Source: the human T2T-CHM13v2.0 reference genome, Homo sapiens. From it: a stretch of DNA of 64,000 bases. The translations under genes and the position numbers were made by a program. Location: assembly GCF_009914755.1 (NCBI RefSeq), contig NC_060942.1; one strand, given 5' to 3'. Numbering within the stretch: position 1 is the stretch's first letter; each line of letters starts with the position of its first letter. This document shows positions 1 through 14,199 of this stretch, one piece after another. The notes beneath the pieces were generated by a model that saw only the letters and a list, made by a program, of their open reading frames with translations, did no database searches and was not told the DNA's origin.

Positions 1-270
<270 letters not shown>

Positions 271-2398
271 GTCAATTGTTTTAAAAAATGTAAAACAATA
301 GAATAAAACAGTTAGTGGATCCCTTGCTTATCTTGCCCTACAATAGAATATTTTCTGACTTTTATTCTTAAGTCACGTTCAAAGCATCAAACCTACTTGA
401 TAAAACTATGACTTGAACGACTACTCCAGATTTTCATCCCCACGAGTCTGAGAAGCAGATACCTAGTGAGTAAATCCTCCTGAACATGATATTCCTCGTG
501 ACAGGTACCCAGAGAGCCAAAAGTCTAAGGCAAGAATTATCACCAGCCGCCTCCTGTCCCATTGCTCATTTGACAGTGTTACTATGCTGTTCCCTTATGT
601 ACCAAGACAGTGTGGAGCCTGTCCTCCAACAAATGGAAAGGCGGCAGGGAGAACAGGGTTCTCTAGGAGCTCTGCAAAGGTCAGGAGATGGGGCTCCTGG
701 ACTCTGTCACCACCTGCTACTGGCTGGTCAGGGAGTCTTGAAGAAGGCAGTGCCCAAGTTCTTATTAATGACATTCTTTTTTTATAAAAGGCATAATGAA
801 GCTTACCTGGTCTTAAGTCAGAGTTTTTGGCAAAATATTATGTTTCCTGTCCCTACCATTTACTTTTATGGTTACATGGCCAATTGAGAGATTGATCAAT
901 CCTACCTGATTGATCAATCAGGATTGCCTGTAGCAAAATTTCACAAAGGAAGTTCACTCCAAGCCACAGCTTTCTGAAGCATAGTCTACCCCAGTTGCCC
1001 TCTTTCCCCTTTCTGGAGCTCCTAAGTCTCATCCAAGCCTCATGCAACTAGTCCTTTTCTTGGTGTAAAAGATCCATGAGGCTGAGTTCTGGGCTCAGTT
1101 TTGCCAGCCCCACGAACTCCCATCTTTGTTGCCCCCAGGAGAGGCCATGACTACACCCTTGATAACTTGGCCCTTTCCGCTGTCTGTGTTCCACAGCCCC
1201 CTTTCTCGTAAGCTGTCCAAACCTGTCTTCCTGAGGACAAAAAGAACTTCACTACAGGGTGAAAAACTGTCTTCCCAATCTGCAAATGTGGCTGCACGTG
1301 ACAGGAATAATTTAACTACCAATTAAAGTGTGTGTGCTACAGAAGCACTTCTCGTCCTCATTTGCTTTATCAGTGTTCATTTATGAATCCATTTTTTTCT
1401 GTCTATTACCCATCGGTAATGAGACCTTAGCAATAGCCTCCGAGTCTCCTCTTGCCAAATCTGCCATCACCACCCCTTCCCAGCACCACAGACACTATCG
1501 TGGGGACTGCCCAGACAGCCAACGGGCCAATCTTCTTAGACACTTGTTTTTCATCTCTCTCTCTCTCTTGCTTATAAATCTTCTGTGATTCCCCATCACA
1601 AATAGAATAAAGCTAAAACATCTCCACTTGACATTCCTGAGTTTAGCCGGCTCTTTCTCCGTTGCAGTTCTCTTGTCTTAATAAATCGGTTCTATCTAGG
1701 CATCAGCCAAGAAGAATCCACTGGGCTAGGTTACAGAAGAACAAGAATAACTTCAAAAGCACTTTTCAACTACCCCATCCAACTTCCTCATTTTACTCAC
1801 TTCACAGATTCAGACAAAGATCCAGACATACTCAAAGAACTGGTGGAGTAGGAAGTGGAGATAATTCTGCTGCATTCTGAAAACCACACCATTAAAACAG
1901 ATTAATTCCTGGTGTTCAGAGAACCATTTACATTGCTGATGAATTCATTACTTGTGCCACAATGCTTTCTTACCCATTGCTTGGCTGAAAAGAAAAAAAA
2001 AGTCTCAAACCCCATAAGTCCCCATTTTCACTTTTCCCCATATCGTAAAGCTGAAATGCAATAACAAACTCGCTTTCCGTTTTTGTCATTAACATAGCAA
2101 TTTATTCTATTACTCCTAAAGTTTTGAAGACAAATATCAATATCAATGTCTAATTTTGTTGCCTCTCTCTCCAACCAGTCTGTAAGTCTTATGAGATGTT
2201 TGCTCACCCTTCTATCTCCAGCAGTTAGTGTAGTGTTTGGCTTGCACTGGCTCAAATGACAGTCCTTGAGTGAATGAATGGATGGCTCTTAGATACACGG
2301 TCTTCTCACTGCAGTATATGCTCATTCGCTCTCAAAAGACTAACTTAGCAAATGGCACTGATTAAGGTGGAATGTAAGATCAATCCTAGTTATTCTAA

Positions 2399-2745
<347 letters not shown>

Positions 2746-2964
2746 AAAAACTGAATTTTTGAAGTGTCATTTCCTAGGCCTTTTCTTTCAATCTCCTTTT
2801 CTCCCCATTTTCAATATTTCCTCTGCCCTGACCATGTAATATTGTGGGACCATTTTCCCCTATAATTTTCATATCAGTATAAAAGTAGTGAGAAGAACAA
2901 AACATAGACTGCAGGATATTTTCATCTCATCTTATTGTAAGCTTAATAGACCTTAAAGCAGTTA

Positions 2965-3125
2965 GCTTTGAACTTTACTATGCGTCAGAATCACCCGAGG
3001 CTCTCATTCAGATGCAGATTTTAAGGACCCAGAGACTCTCATTCAGCGGATCTGAATACAGGGCCACAAATCAACAGTTTAAATAAGCTCCCAGTGAACA
3101 GTACACCATGAATCACTACTTTAAG
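2965..3125. mobile_element. MER5-like hAT-Charlie DNA transposon fragment
   Basis: 'GCGTCAGAATCACCCGAGG...GATGCAGATT...' resembles the recalled MER5 consensus; degraded. Confidence 0.45.
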
Positions 3126-4360
3126 ACATTTATAGACAATCAACCACATTTCACCAGATTGTGTAATCATTTTCTGCCCAGTATTTTTCCAGTCTGCTTT
3201 AGGCTAGAGTAAAAGTCTGTGAAAAATTCATACTCAATATACTGTTAGGAATTTAATGCTTTAACATTGGAGAACATTTGCATTTTAAAGAGAATGCCCA
3301 AAGAGAGCAAACATTTACCTCAAAGCAATGAAACTCAAAGGTTGATTCTGAGTTTCAACCATCATCACTAAAGGAGTGGGGCAGTAAAAACCACCCTGTT
3401 TAATATGCAAATGTACTCTCGTACTATTTAAATAAAGGAAGCAGTCTGATCAGCGAAGTTACCTGTTTTCTGGGGTTTGTTTACACCATGCTGTTTCAAA
3501 TGTAGGCTTACTAATCTATCATGGTTTAGGCTACTAGTGAGAATAAATAATATTAACTTCAGCTCACTCTTATTAGCACCTCTGCCCCAAGATGTGTGAA
3601 CCTGGACGTGTTTTATCTCCCAGAGTCTCCTTTGTTAAAAGAGAATGATTACAGCTCCTTCCTTGGGTTATGTGAGGATTAAGTGAGCTACTTATGCACA
3701 TTCCTAACACCGTACTTGCTATGTAGGAAGTATCCACTAACGGTTGGTAATTGGCACTATGATAGGGGCTGGGCAAGCAGATTTGCAGAGACAAAATTCC
3801 TGCCCTTAGGGAGATATGCCCAGGTAGCCAAGGGAGCTAGGGAAGGGACACTTACCAGGATTGGAACAAAGAATGCCTCATGGAAATGACATCTGAGGGT
3901 TTTTGATGGATGGGCAGAAGCGTCAGGGAGGAGGATGCAGGGTCTATGGAAGAATATTCGGATAAAAACAACAGCTTGTGCAAAGTGATGAGTAAAAACT
4001 TGGCTTGTTTAAGAGAACTGCAAAAATAGTTTAGTATGGATGAAATATAATTAATGGAAAGCATGCATTCCCGTGACCTGTACAGACACACAGGGCCCCT
4101 TATTTACAAAGATTCTGTGCTTTTTAAATGTTCTGTTGTTACCATCTTGAAGTTACACATTTTTAGACAAGAGGCCTTGCATTTTTACTGTGCCATGGGC
4201 CCTGTCAATTATAGAGTTGGTCCTGAGGGCAGATGTGATAGTACGCTTCATCAGAAAATGTGTAAGTGTAGGATTACTCATAGACAGGGAAATACAGGTA
4301 TTTATATGAGAGGAATTCATGTAAAAATTAATGTCAGTCCCAGAAAAAAATCTCGAAGAG

Positions 4361-4713
4361 TGTCACGCACGTTCATGTGAAGAGACCACCAAACAGACTT
4401 TGTGTGAGCAATAAAGCTGTTTATTTCACCTGGGTGCAGGCGGGCTGAGTCCGAAAAAGGAATCAGCAAAGGGAGATAGGAGTGGAGCAGTTTTGCAGGA
4501 TTTGGGTAGACAGTGGAAAATTACAGTCAAAGGGGTTGTTCTCTGGCAGGCAGGGACAGGGGTCACAAGGTGCTCAGTGGGGGAGCTTCTGAGCCAGGAG
4601 AAGGAATTTCACAAGGTAATGTCATCAGTTAAGTGAGGAACCAGCCATTTTCACTTCAGTTGCTTCAGGCCATCAGGATGTATATGTGCAGGCTTGGGCT
4701 CAAAGGCCTGACA
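4361..4713 (-). repeat. 3' LTR (LTR7 family), 353 bp
   Basis: - strand begins TGTCAGGCCTTTGAGCCCAAGC (LTR7 start); preceded by purine tract TAAAAAGACAGGAA; contains AATAAA. Confidence 0.93.
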
Positions 4714-5207
4714 TTCCTGTCTTTTTATATTAATAAGAAAAATAAAACAAAATAGTCCTTAAGTGTTGGGGCAGCGAAAATTTTGGGGAGTGGTATGGAG
4801 AGATAATGGGCAATGTTTCTCAGAGCTGCTTCGAGCGGGATTAGGGGCAGCGTGGGAAGCTAGAATGGGAGAGATGAAGCTGAAGGAAGATTTTGTGGTA
4901 AGGGGCGATATTATGGGGTTGTTAGAAGGAGCATTTGTCGTATAGAATGATTGGTGATGGCCTGGATGAGGTCTTGTATGAATTGAGAAACTAAACAGAA
5001 GACAGAAGGTCTGAATAAGAGAAGGAGAAAAACAGGTATTAAAGGACTAAGAATTGGGAGGACCCAGGACATCTAATTAGAAAGTGCCCAAGAGGGTTCA
5101 GCGTGATTATTTGCTTGGCTGGTGAGTTTTTTGGGCTCTATCCTTGAGTTTTTTTATGTTGTCATATACCGGGCCAGACTGATTTAGGTAAAAACAACAC
5201 TCTTCAT

Positions 5208-5522
5208 TTAAAAATATACAAAGTCCTCTTTTTTTAGAAGTGAGTAAGTCGAGGCCTCAGAGATTTTGGAGGAAAGAGAAATGCAAAGCCAGCAATTGTC
5301 TGTTAAAGAAGGATTAGAAATGGCTACGAGAGAGTGAGTGAGATTGATAGTGTGGTGTAGATAGCTGGGGAGAGGTAGAGGGTGGCATAAGAATGGGACC
5401 AAGAATAAGAGTGAGTATAAAAGTGAGTATAAAAGAATAGGTATAAAAGTAAAGAATAGGACTTCATCAGGGTGAAAGTATTGGAGTGTACCTTGCCACT
5501 GAAGATCTTCTATCCACTTCAA
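5208..5522 (-). pseudogene. HERV-H env remnant
   Basis: ORF contains 'YLHHTINLTHSLVAISNPSLTDNCWLCISLSS' (env SU CWLC motif) fused to 'LLKKEDFVYF'; large deletion. Confidence 0.75.
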
Positions 5523-6000
5523 GATAGACTTACGGGTGGCGGTTTGAGGTAAAACCAGGAGCCACTGAATACCAAGAGCCTGAGAAACTGCTTGGGTGAT
5601 TTGACTAATAAAGGCCAGTCCGTTATCAGACTGTATAGAGGTAGGAAGGCCAAACTGAGGAATTATGTCTGACAGAAGGGAAGAAATGACTGTGGTGGCC
5701 TTCTCAGACCATGTGGGAAAGGCCTCTATCTATCCAGTGAAAGTGTCTACCCAGACCAAGAGGTATTTTAGTTTTCTGACTCAGGGCATGTGAGTAAAGT
5801 CAATTTGCCAGTCCTGGGCAGGGGCAAATCCCTGAGCTTGATGTGTGGGGAAGGGAGGGGGCCCGAGAAATCCCTAAGGAGTAGTAGAATAGCAGATGGA
5901 ACACTGAGAAGTGATTTCCTTGAGGATAGATTTCTACGATGGAAAGGAAATGAGAGGTTCTAAGAGGCAGGCTAGCGACTTGTAACCTACATGGAAGAGG

Positions 6001-6348
6001 TTATGAAATGACAACAGAATAGAATGGGCCTGTGAGGCTGGAAAGAGATTTTTTTTTTTGGTCTAAAAACCATCTGCCTTGAGTGGGGAGGGATTGACAG
6101 GTGGAAACTTCAGTGGGAGAGTATATAGGAGTGACTGATGAGAAGGAGAAAAACTGGCCATGAGGGACAGAAGTAGGAATACTAGTTGCTTTTGTAGTTG
6201 TCTTATCAGCATAATTGTTGCCTTGAGCAATGGGGTCTGAGGCCCTTTGATGGCCTTTGCAGTGAATGACTCCAGCTTCCTTTGGAAGTAAAGCAACCTT
6301 GAGAAGAGTTTTTATTAAAGAGGCATTAATGATGGAGGACCCTTGCAT
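6001..6348 (-). pseudogene. HERV-H pol remnant (RNase H region)
   Basis: 'LLPKEAGVIHCKGHQRASDPIAQGNNYAD' is the gammaretroviral RNase H C-terminal motif. Confidence 0.85.
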
Positions 6349-7372
6349 AGTGAGGAAACCTCTTTCAGCCTATATAACAGCTTGGTGGTGCAGGATATGG
6401 AAGGCATATTTAAAGTCAGTATAAATATTGATGCATAGTCCCTTTGTAAGAGTGAGGGCCTGAGTTTAGGCAAAGAGTTCAGCTTGCTGAGAGGTAGTGG
6501 AGTGGGGCAGAATGGTAGCCTCTATGATAGATGTGGAAGATACTATAGCATAGCCTGCCTTTGCTGGTGAGTGGAGATTAGGCCTAGTATAACTGCCATC
6601 AATAAACTAAGTGTGATCAGGGTGAGAAACAGGAAAGAAGGAAATATGGGGAAATGGAGTGAATGCCAGGTGGATCAGAGAGATACGGTCAGGTGTGGTA
6701 TCAGGAATAATGTGGGGGCCAGCCTAAAACAGTAAGGTCAAGTTGTTTGTACAGAAAGGCTACAGGGCGCACTCCTGGCTCTTGTGTAAGAATTCTGACT
6801 GCACAGCCCTGCACTTCAGCTGTGTGTAATGAAAAAGGGCTGGGATGAGTTAGGGAGAGCTAGTGTGGGAGCAGCTTCTAGGGCTGTTTTTAAGGATTTC
6901 CTTTTGTGAGTTTATATAACGGTTTAGTCAGGATGGCAAAACCAGTTATCTAAAGGTGAAAGTACCTAACAATGCCTAGGAAGGAAGGGAGTTGTTGTTT
7001 TGTAGAAGGAGTTGGGGTTTGGGAGATTAGCCAGACACGATCAGCAGGGAGAGCACGTGTGTTTTTATGAAGAATTATGCCGAGATAGGTAACGGATGAA
7101 GAAGAAATTTGGGCTTTGGAGGGAGATATGTGGTATCCCTTTGAGAATAGATGTCAGAGGAGCAGGAGGGTGTCCTGTTGGGAAGATTTGTAGGAAGCCT
7201 GGCCTTCAATACCCACAATAATTAGGGAGGCAAGGGAAACAGGCCCTTGAAAAGAAGTTAATGTGGAGTGGGTAGCCTCTGTATTAAGATGGGGATGGAC
7301 TTACCCTCCACTGTAAGGGTTACCCAAAGCATCTGTGATGGTCTAGGAGGCTTTTACGGTGATTGGGCAGCG

Positions 7373-7759
7373 TCATTCTTCAGCTGCTAAGTTGAGAAGA
7401 TCTGGGAAGGAGTCAGTCAGTGAGCCTTGGGCCAGAGTTCCAGGGGCTCTGGGAGTGGCTGCCGGGCGAGTTGGACAGTCTGATTTCCAGTGGGGTACCG
7501 CACAGATGGGACACAGCTTAGGAGGAATCCTGGGCTGTGGGCATTCCTTGGCCCAGTGGCCAGATTTCCAGCACTTGAAGCAAGCTCCTGGGGGAGGAGG
7601 TCCTGGAGGAATGCCTGGCCACTGCAGTTCAGGCGTTTTGAAGTTCTTGTGTGCTGGAGATGTGGCTGGGGTTTGTCTCACAGGGGAGGCAAGTAATTGC
7701 AACTCTTCTCTATTATTGTACACCTTGAAGGCGAGGTTAATTAAGTCCTGTTGTGGCAT
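7373..7759 (-). pseudogene. HERV-H gag remnant (CA C-terminus/nucleocapsid)
   Basis: '[18 protein letters not shown]', CCHC knuckle [14 protein letters not shown] and second knuckle-like [13 protein letters not shown]. Confidence 0.9.
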
Positions 7760-8442
7760 TTGAGGGCTGGGATCTAATTTTTGAAGCTTTTTGTAATGTC
7801 AGGAGTGGATTGGGTAATAAAATGCATATTGAGAATAAGACGGCCTTCTGGCCCCTCTGGGTCTAGGGCAGTAAGGTGTCTAAGGGTTGTTGCCAAACTG
7901 GCCATGAACGGGGCTGGGTTTTTATATTTGATTAACAAGAGCCTAAATGCTAACTGATTTAGGCGAGGTCAGATAAAGAAAAATGAGCATTAACCTTGGC
8001 TATGCCTTCAGCTCCAGCCACCTCTTTAAGAGGAAATTGTTGGGCAGGTGGGGGAGGGCTAGTCATGGAACAAAACTGTAAGCTGGACCGGGTGTGAGGA
8101 GGGGAGGTGATAGAAGCATTATAGGGTGGGGGAGCTGAGGCTGAGGAAGAATTGGGACCTGGCTCAGTCTGGCGAGGAGCAGCCTGGGGAGGAGGGGAGA
8201 GGTCAGATGGGTCTGTAGAAAAAGAGGATTCAAAGGACTCAGAGCTTGGGGTGGAAACTGAAGGAACAGCCAGGAGAGAAAGAAGAAAGATTTGGGATGA
8301 GTGGCATTGGGAGCAGAGACTAGGGAGGGACTAATGTGTAAAAGAATGCCTGGACGTCAGGCACCTCAGACCATTTGCCCATTTTTTGACAAAAATCATC
8401 CAGGTCTTTTAAGATGGAGAAATCAAAAGTGCCATTTTCTGG

Positions 8443-8730
8443 CTATTTAGAACCATTATTAAGTTTGTACTGGGGCCAAGCAGTGTTGCAGAAGAAAATA
8501 AGATGCTTAGGTTTTAGGTCAGGCGAGAGTTGAAGAGGTTTTAAGTTTTTGAGAACACAGACTAAGGGAGACAAAGGGAGAATGGAGGGTGGAAGGTTGC
8601 CCATAGTGAAGGAGGCAAGCCCAGATAAAAGAGAGGGTAGAGATACGGAGAAGGGGGATGGTGAGCAGCCCCGGGCTGCAAGGTAGGAGAGGAGCCAAAG
8701 CAGGCGTCCCTGCAATTGACTTGCCACCAA
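8443..8730 (-). pseudogene. HERV-H gag 5' (matrix) remnant
   Basis: 'MGNLPPSILPLSPLVCVLKNLKPL...KHLIFFCNTAWPQYKL' is a gamma-like MA signature; premature stop. Confidence 0.8.
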
Positions 8731-8990
8731 GGGAATGTGGGTGAATGATGAAGGCAGGCATCCCTGTGGTGATCAGACACGAATGGAGTGTGGGTGAATA
8801 ATCAGGCAGGCATCCCCACAGTGATTAAACACCAAGGGAAGACTGTCTTCCTAAGTCCGTGACCGGTGCCAGAGTTTTGGCTCCACAGATAAAATGTGTC
8901 TCCTTTGTCTCTACTAGAGAGGAAAAAGAACTGGAATTGGAAGGACAGGGAGATTGAAGGGTAGGGAGAGAGGGAGATTGAAAGGTAGTC

Positions 8991-9291
8991 GGCTGGGCAC
9001 GGTGGCTCATGCCTGTAATCCCAGCACTTTGGGAGGCTGAGGTAGGCGGATCATGAGGTCAGGAGTTCGAGACCAGCCTGGTCAACATGGTGAAACCCCA
9101 TCTACTAAAAATACAAAAAATTAGCCGGGCGTGGTGGCATGCACCTGTAGTCCCAGCTACACAGGAAGCTGAGGCAGAAGAATCGCTTGAACCCAGGAGG
9201 CGGAGGTTGCAGTGAGCCGAGGTCATGCTGTTATACTCCAGCCTGGGTGACAGAGCTAGACTTTGTCTAAAAAAAAAAAAAAGAAAAGAAA
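8991..9291 (+). mobile_element. Alu (AluSg-like) inserted in the HERV-H leader
   Basis: Full Alu with A-tail; 'GGATCATGAGGTCAGGAGTTCGAGACCAGCC'; flanking direct repeat GAAAGGTAG at 8980-8988 and 9292-9300. Confidence 0.9.
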
Positions 9292-9460
9292 GAAAGGTAG
9301 CGAGAGAGGCTGGAGAAGGGAGTGAAAAGACCGCTTACCCGATTTGAAATTGGTGAGATGTTCTTTGGGCTGTTTGGTCTGAGGACCTGAGGTCATAGGT
9401 GGATCTCCTTAAGGAGTGAGGGCAAGGACAGGGGACCAGTCTCCTGAAAAAGTCCTCCTG

Positions 9461-9478
9461 TCCCGGGTTTCAGCACCA
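9461..9478 (-). other. Retroviral primer-binding site complementary to tRNA-Phe(GAA)
   Basis: + strand TCCCGGGTTTCAGCACCA vs tRNA-Phe 3' end TCCCGGGTTTCGGCACCA (17/18); 2 nt from the 5' LTR. Confidence 0.85.
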
Positions 9479-9480
9479 AA

Positions 9481-9852
9481 TGTCATGCACTTCTGTGTGA
9501 AGAGACCACCAAACAGGCTTTGTGTGAGCAATAAAGCTGTTTATTTCACCTGGGTGCAGGGGGGCTGAGTCCGAAAAAGGAATCAGCAAAGGGAGATAGG
9601 GGTGGGGCAGTTTACCAGGATTTGGGTGGGTAGTGGAAAACTACAGTCAAACGGGTTGTTCTCTGGCGGGCAGGGATGGGGGGGGCGTCACAAGGTGCTC
9701 AGTGGGGGAGCTTCTGAGCCAGGAGAAGGAATTTCACAAGGTAATGTCATCAGTTAAAGGAGGAACCAGCCATTTTCACTTCTTTTGTGATTCTCCAGTT
9801 GCTTCAGGCCATCTGGTTGTATATGTGCAGGCTTGGGCACAGAGGCCTGACA
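9481..9852 (-). repeat. 5' LTR (LTR7 family), 372 bp
   Basis: Homologous to 4361-4713 (about 25 substitutions plus 5- and 14-bp indels by manual alignment); adjacent PBS. Confidence 0.93.
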
Positions 9853-10424
9853 AAGAGCTCCTTCTCTAAACTTTAGAATTCAGCAAGCAATAGTTTTTGC
9901 TTCACTTAGGTTTTTTAAGTCATCCATATGAACATACATGAACTGTATCACACATTGGCTGTCAGTGAGGAATTTATCTTATTGTAGCTAAGAAAGTGTG
10001 TGATATTTTATTCTTCTGTTGATGATTCCCCTCTGAAAGTCTCTTGTGCACCCTCCTCTGCCAGAATTAATCATTGCTTCTAGAATGTTCTTAGGGTATC
10101 TTTGTATATGGGTCTTTAATAATTATCAGAAAAATTTCTAGAAATGAAATTGCTAGGTCAAACAGGAAATACATTTTTCATTTTGATAGATATTTTTTAA
10201 TTGTCCTTAGAAGAGTAATGCTAATTTACATTCTTCCTAACAGTATATAAGATGTCAGACTTGAAATACTTTTGCCAACACAACGTAGTACCAGAAATTT
10301 TTATTTGGTAACTTGATAGATAGGATTGGTATTATTGTATTATGTAATTGCATTGCTGTTATTTAAAAAGAAGTGAAGTATCTTTTCATATACATATTTA
10401 AAAGCCATCTGAATTATTATTGTA

Positions 10425-10710
10425 TTTTTTAAGACAGAGTCTCCCTCTGTCGCCCAGGCTGGAGGGCAGTTGCCCGATCTTGGCACACTGCAACCTTCAC
10501 TTCACTGGCTCAAGTGATCCTGCCTGGCCTCAGCCTCCCAAAGAGCTGGAACTATGGGTGCATGCCACCATGCCCAGCTAATTTTTGTATTTTTTGTAGA
10601 GACGGGGTCTCGCTATGTTGCCCATGCTGGCTTTGAACTCCTGAGCTCAAGTGATCCACCCACCTCGGCCTCCCAAAGTGCTGGCATTACAGGCATGAGC
10701 TACAGCACTC
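10425..10710 (-). mobile_element. Alu (AluJ-like)
   Basis: Reverse-complement Alu body. Confidence 0.85.
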
Positions 10711-11284
10711 AGATAATTTGAATTATTTCTGTGAACTGCCTGTCCATGTTCTTTGTCGACTTTCCTGTTTATAATTGGTCTTTGTAATTGATTTGTAAGA
10801 ACACTTTATATATATTAGAAATAGTACACCTTGTCCCTCATGTATTTACCAGCTTGTCATTTCCATTCTTCCAGAAAGAAAATCTTAATCTGTATGTAGA
10901 CAAATTTACCAATCATTTCTTTGAAAGATTCTGAGATATTTCATTTTTAGAAAACCCTTTGTACTCTGAAAGTAGACATTCTCCTGAATTCTCTTTTTGA
11001 ATTTTTATGGTTTCACTTAAACATTTTTTTTTTAACATCTTGAAACACTTGGAACTTGCTTTGGTGTGATGTGTGAGTTAAGGAAACAAATTTTTTCCCA
11101 ATTGTCTCAACACCCAATTATTCAAAAACAAATTTTCCCCACTGATTCAAATCGCCACCTTCATTATAATTTAAATTCTCATCTATTTTGCGTCTCATTT
11201 ATAGTTCTGTATTTTGTTCCATTGATTTGCCTATCCATGAGCTGATGTGAAACCAGTTCAGTACTTACAGCTTTTATAATCGAT

Positions 11285-11623
<339 letters not shown>

Positions 11624-12349
11624 TGATGGGGCTGACCCCTTCTCATTACTCTTGTTTTTCAAAAACTTCCTGAGTGTTACCTGGTTACTTTTCCATATGA
11701 ACTTTATAATCATCTTGTTAGGTTCCTCCCAAAATCCTGTTGGTGACATGATCAGATCTGAATTTCAAAAAGATCATTCTGGCTACAGTGTGAAGAGAAG
11801 AGTATATGTAGGAAGACCTGCAAGATATGCAGAGGTTCACCAGAGATGAGGGGAACTTGGACAAGGATTGTGGCAGTGGAGATGGAAAGAAAACAGGATC
11901 AAGTGATATGGAGGAATAAGAATTGTCAGGACTTGATGAATGTGATTTAGCAGCTTAGGAAAATGTAAGTGTTTTTTCTAGTCTTGCTTAGAGCAGTCCT
12001 AGACTTTAGTCCAGTTCCAGAAAAGCCCCATTCTGCATCAATCCAAAAATACAGAATTAGTTTTATAGTTGCCCTAAAAATAAAGGCCCTCTTGGGGAAG
12101 GACCTGGAGCTCTTCTGTAGAGAGATATCACAGGTTCAGACAAGATACCCCAAACTGAATTGCCCTTTATGAGAGATACCAAACCAGCTCTAGAGCATTT
12201 GATAGGCTGAAGAGATGTCCTCCTGACCCCAAGCCTCATTCTAAATGGCAATGGTGTATTCTGAGATACTCTGTCGCATTACATTTGGGGCCTGGAGATA
12301 CAACTTGTGGTTGGTGAAGAAAAAACTATGATACCGCAACAGTTTTCCT

Positions 12350-13215
<866 letters not shown>

Positions 13216-14199
13216 AAATTAAGTTTCTTCTTTCCTAGGAAAGAACTGGTCTTGGGAGAAGCACCTCCTCTCATCACTGGGACAAATTATGATCATGTGA
13301 CTATGTTTATAAATCATATCTCTGCAGCCTAGGTATCACAGAGTAGGCAATGCACTCTCTCACACAAAATGATACAAAATATTTTGGGAAGCAAACTGTA
13401 AAGCCTGCATCTCTGGAAATCCCCTCCCAAAGTGGCTAACCACAAAGGGAGGAAACATAACAGGGTGAAACCAAAAGTTTACAGTCAAAACTTAGAGTCT
13501 ATGTTACTTCATTCTGTACTAGATAGATGCAGTGCAGATGTGCATTCAGGAATGATAGGATTGGAGCATTTAAGCTGTCTTTGCTTTAGTCTTTGCTCCA
13601 AATTCTAGGGATAGTCTTATCCCCAAATGTCTTTTGAAGCAAGTAAGTTTGAAGCATTTGGCTAAACAAAAGCTGTTTAACTCAATTTTCAAACCACCTG
13701 AATATGAAGTTACCAGAATTAGTATCAATTGAAAATATCAGAAGACAGCTAAGGACAAAACTGAGTTACTGTCAGTCAATGTGGTGTTAACAAATGAACA
13801 CTGAGCTAGGAAGCTGTCAAGCTGCCCATACTACTTCCATGACCCCCCCCAAAAAAAATATTCCAGAGGACAGCCTTAGTGATCTGTCATAAAATATGGG
13901 AACATATACATGCATACATGCATGAACAATCTATAGAATGAATAGTAACATGGTATCCAAAAAAATGAAAGCATAATTGATTAATATCATGCTCATTGGT
14001 GGCTATCAATTACTTATGGTGATGAATTTCTTTGGCCAAGTTCCACACAAAAAACAAATTTTTCTAAACACATAGTCGACATAGGATTGAAGAGTGTGCA
14101 TCCGCTCAGCTGTTGGCTTTATGACAGGACATGAAGGGTAGGAATAAAGGGAAATGCGTCTCAAGGGAGGAAGGCAACATCCTTTCAAGAGTCATTGTT

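Larger units (their letters stand above)
4361..9852 (-). mobile_element. HERV-H-family provirus (LTR7-type LTRs), internally deleted, non-coding
   Basis: Two homologous LTRs with TG..CA ends; 5-bp TSD AAGAG at 4356-4360 and 9853-9857; PBS at 9461-9478; purine tract next to 4713; gag, pol and env remnants in the correct order on the - strand. Confidence 0.95.

Noticed and set aside
486-887. 133-aa ATG ORF near the window start
   Set aside because: No recognisable domain, promoter or splice context; length is compatible with chance
3405-3412. Octamer ATGCAAAT as a B-cell enhancer (another copy near 19900)
   Set aside because: A few copies are expected by chance in 64 kb of AT-rich DNA; no supporting context
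5208-8730. Functional HERV-H gag/pol/env proteins
   Set aside because: Fragmented by stops, frameshifts and large deletions; internal region is under 5 kb
9461-9478. tRNA gene
   Set aside because: Only the 18-nt 3' end including CCA is present, next to an LTR: a primer-binding site
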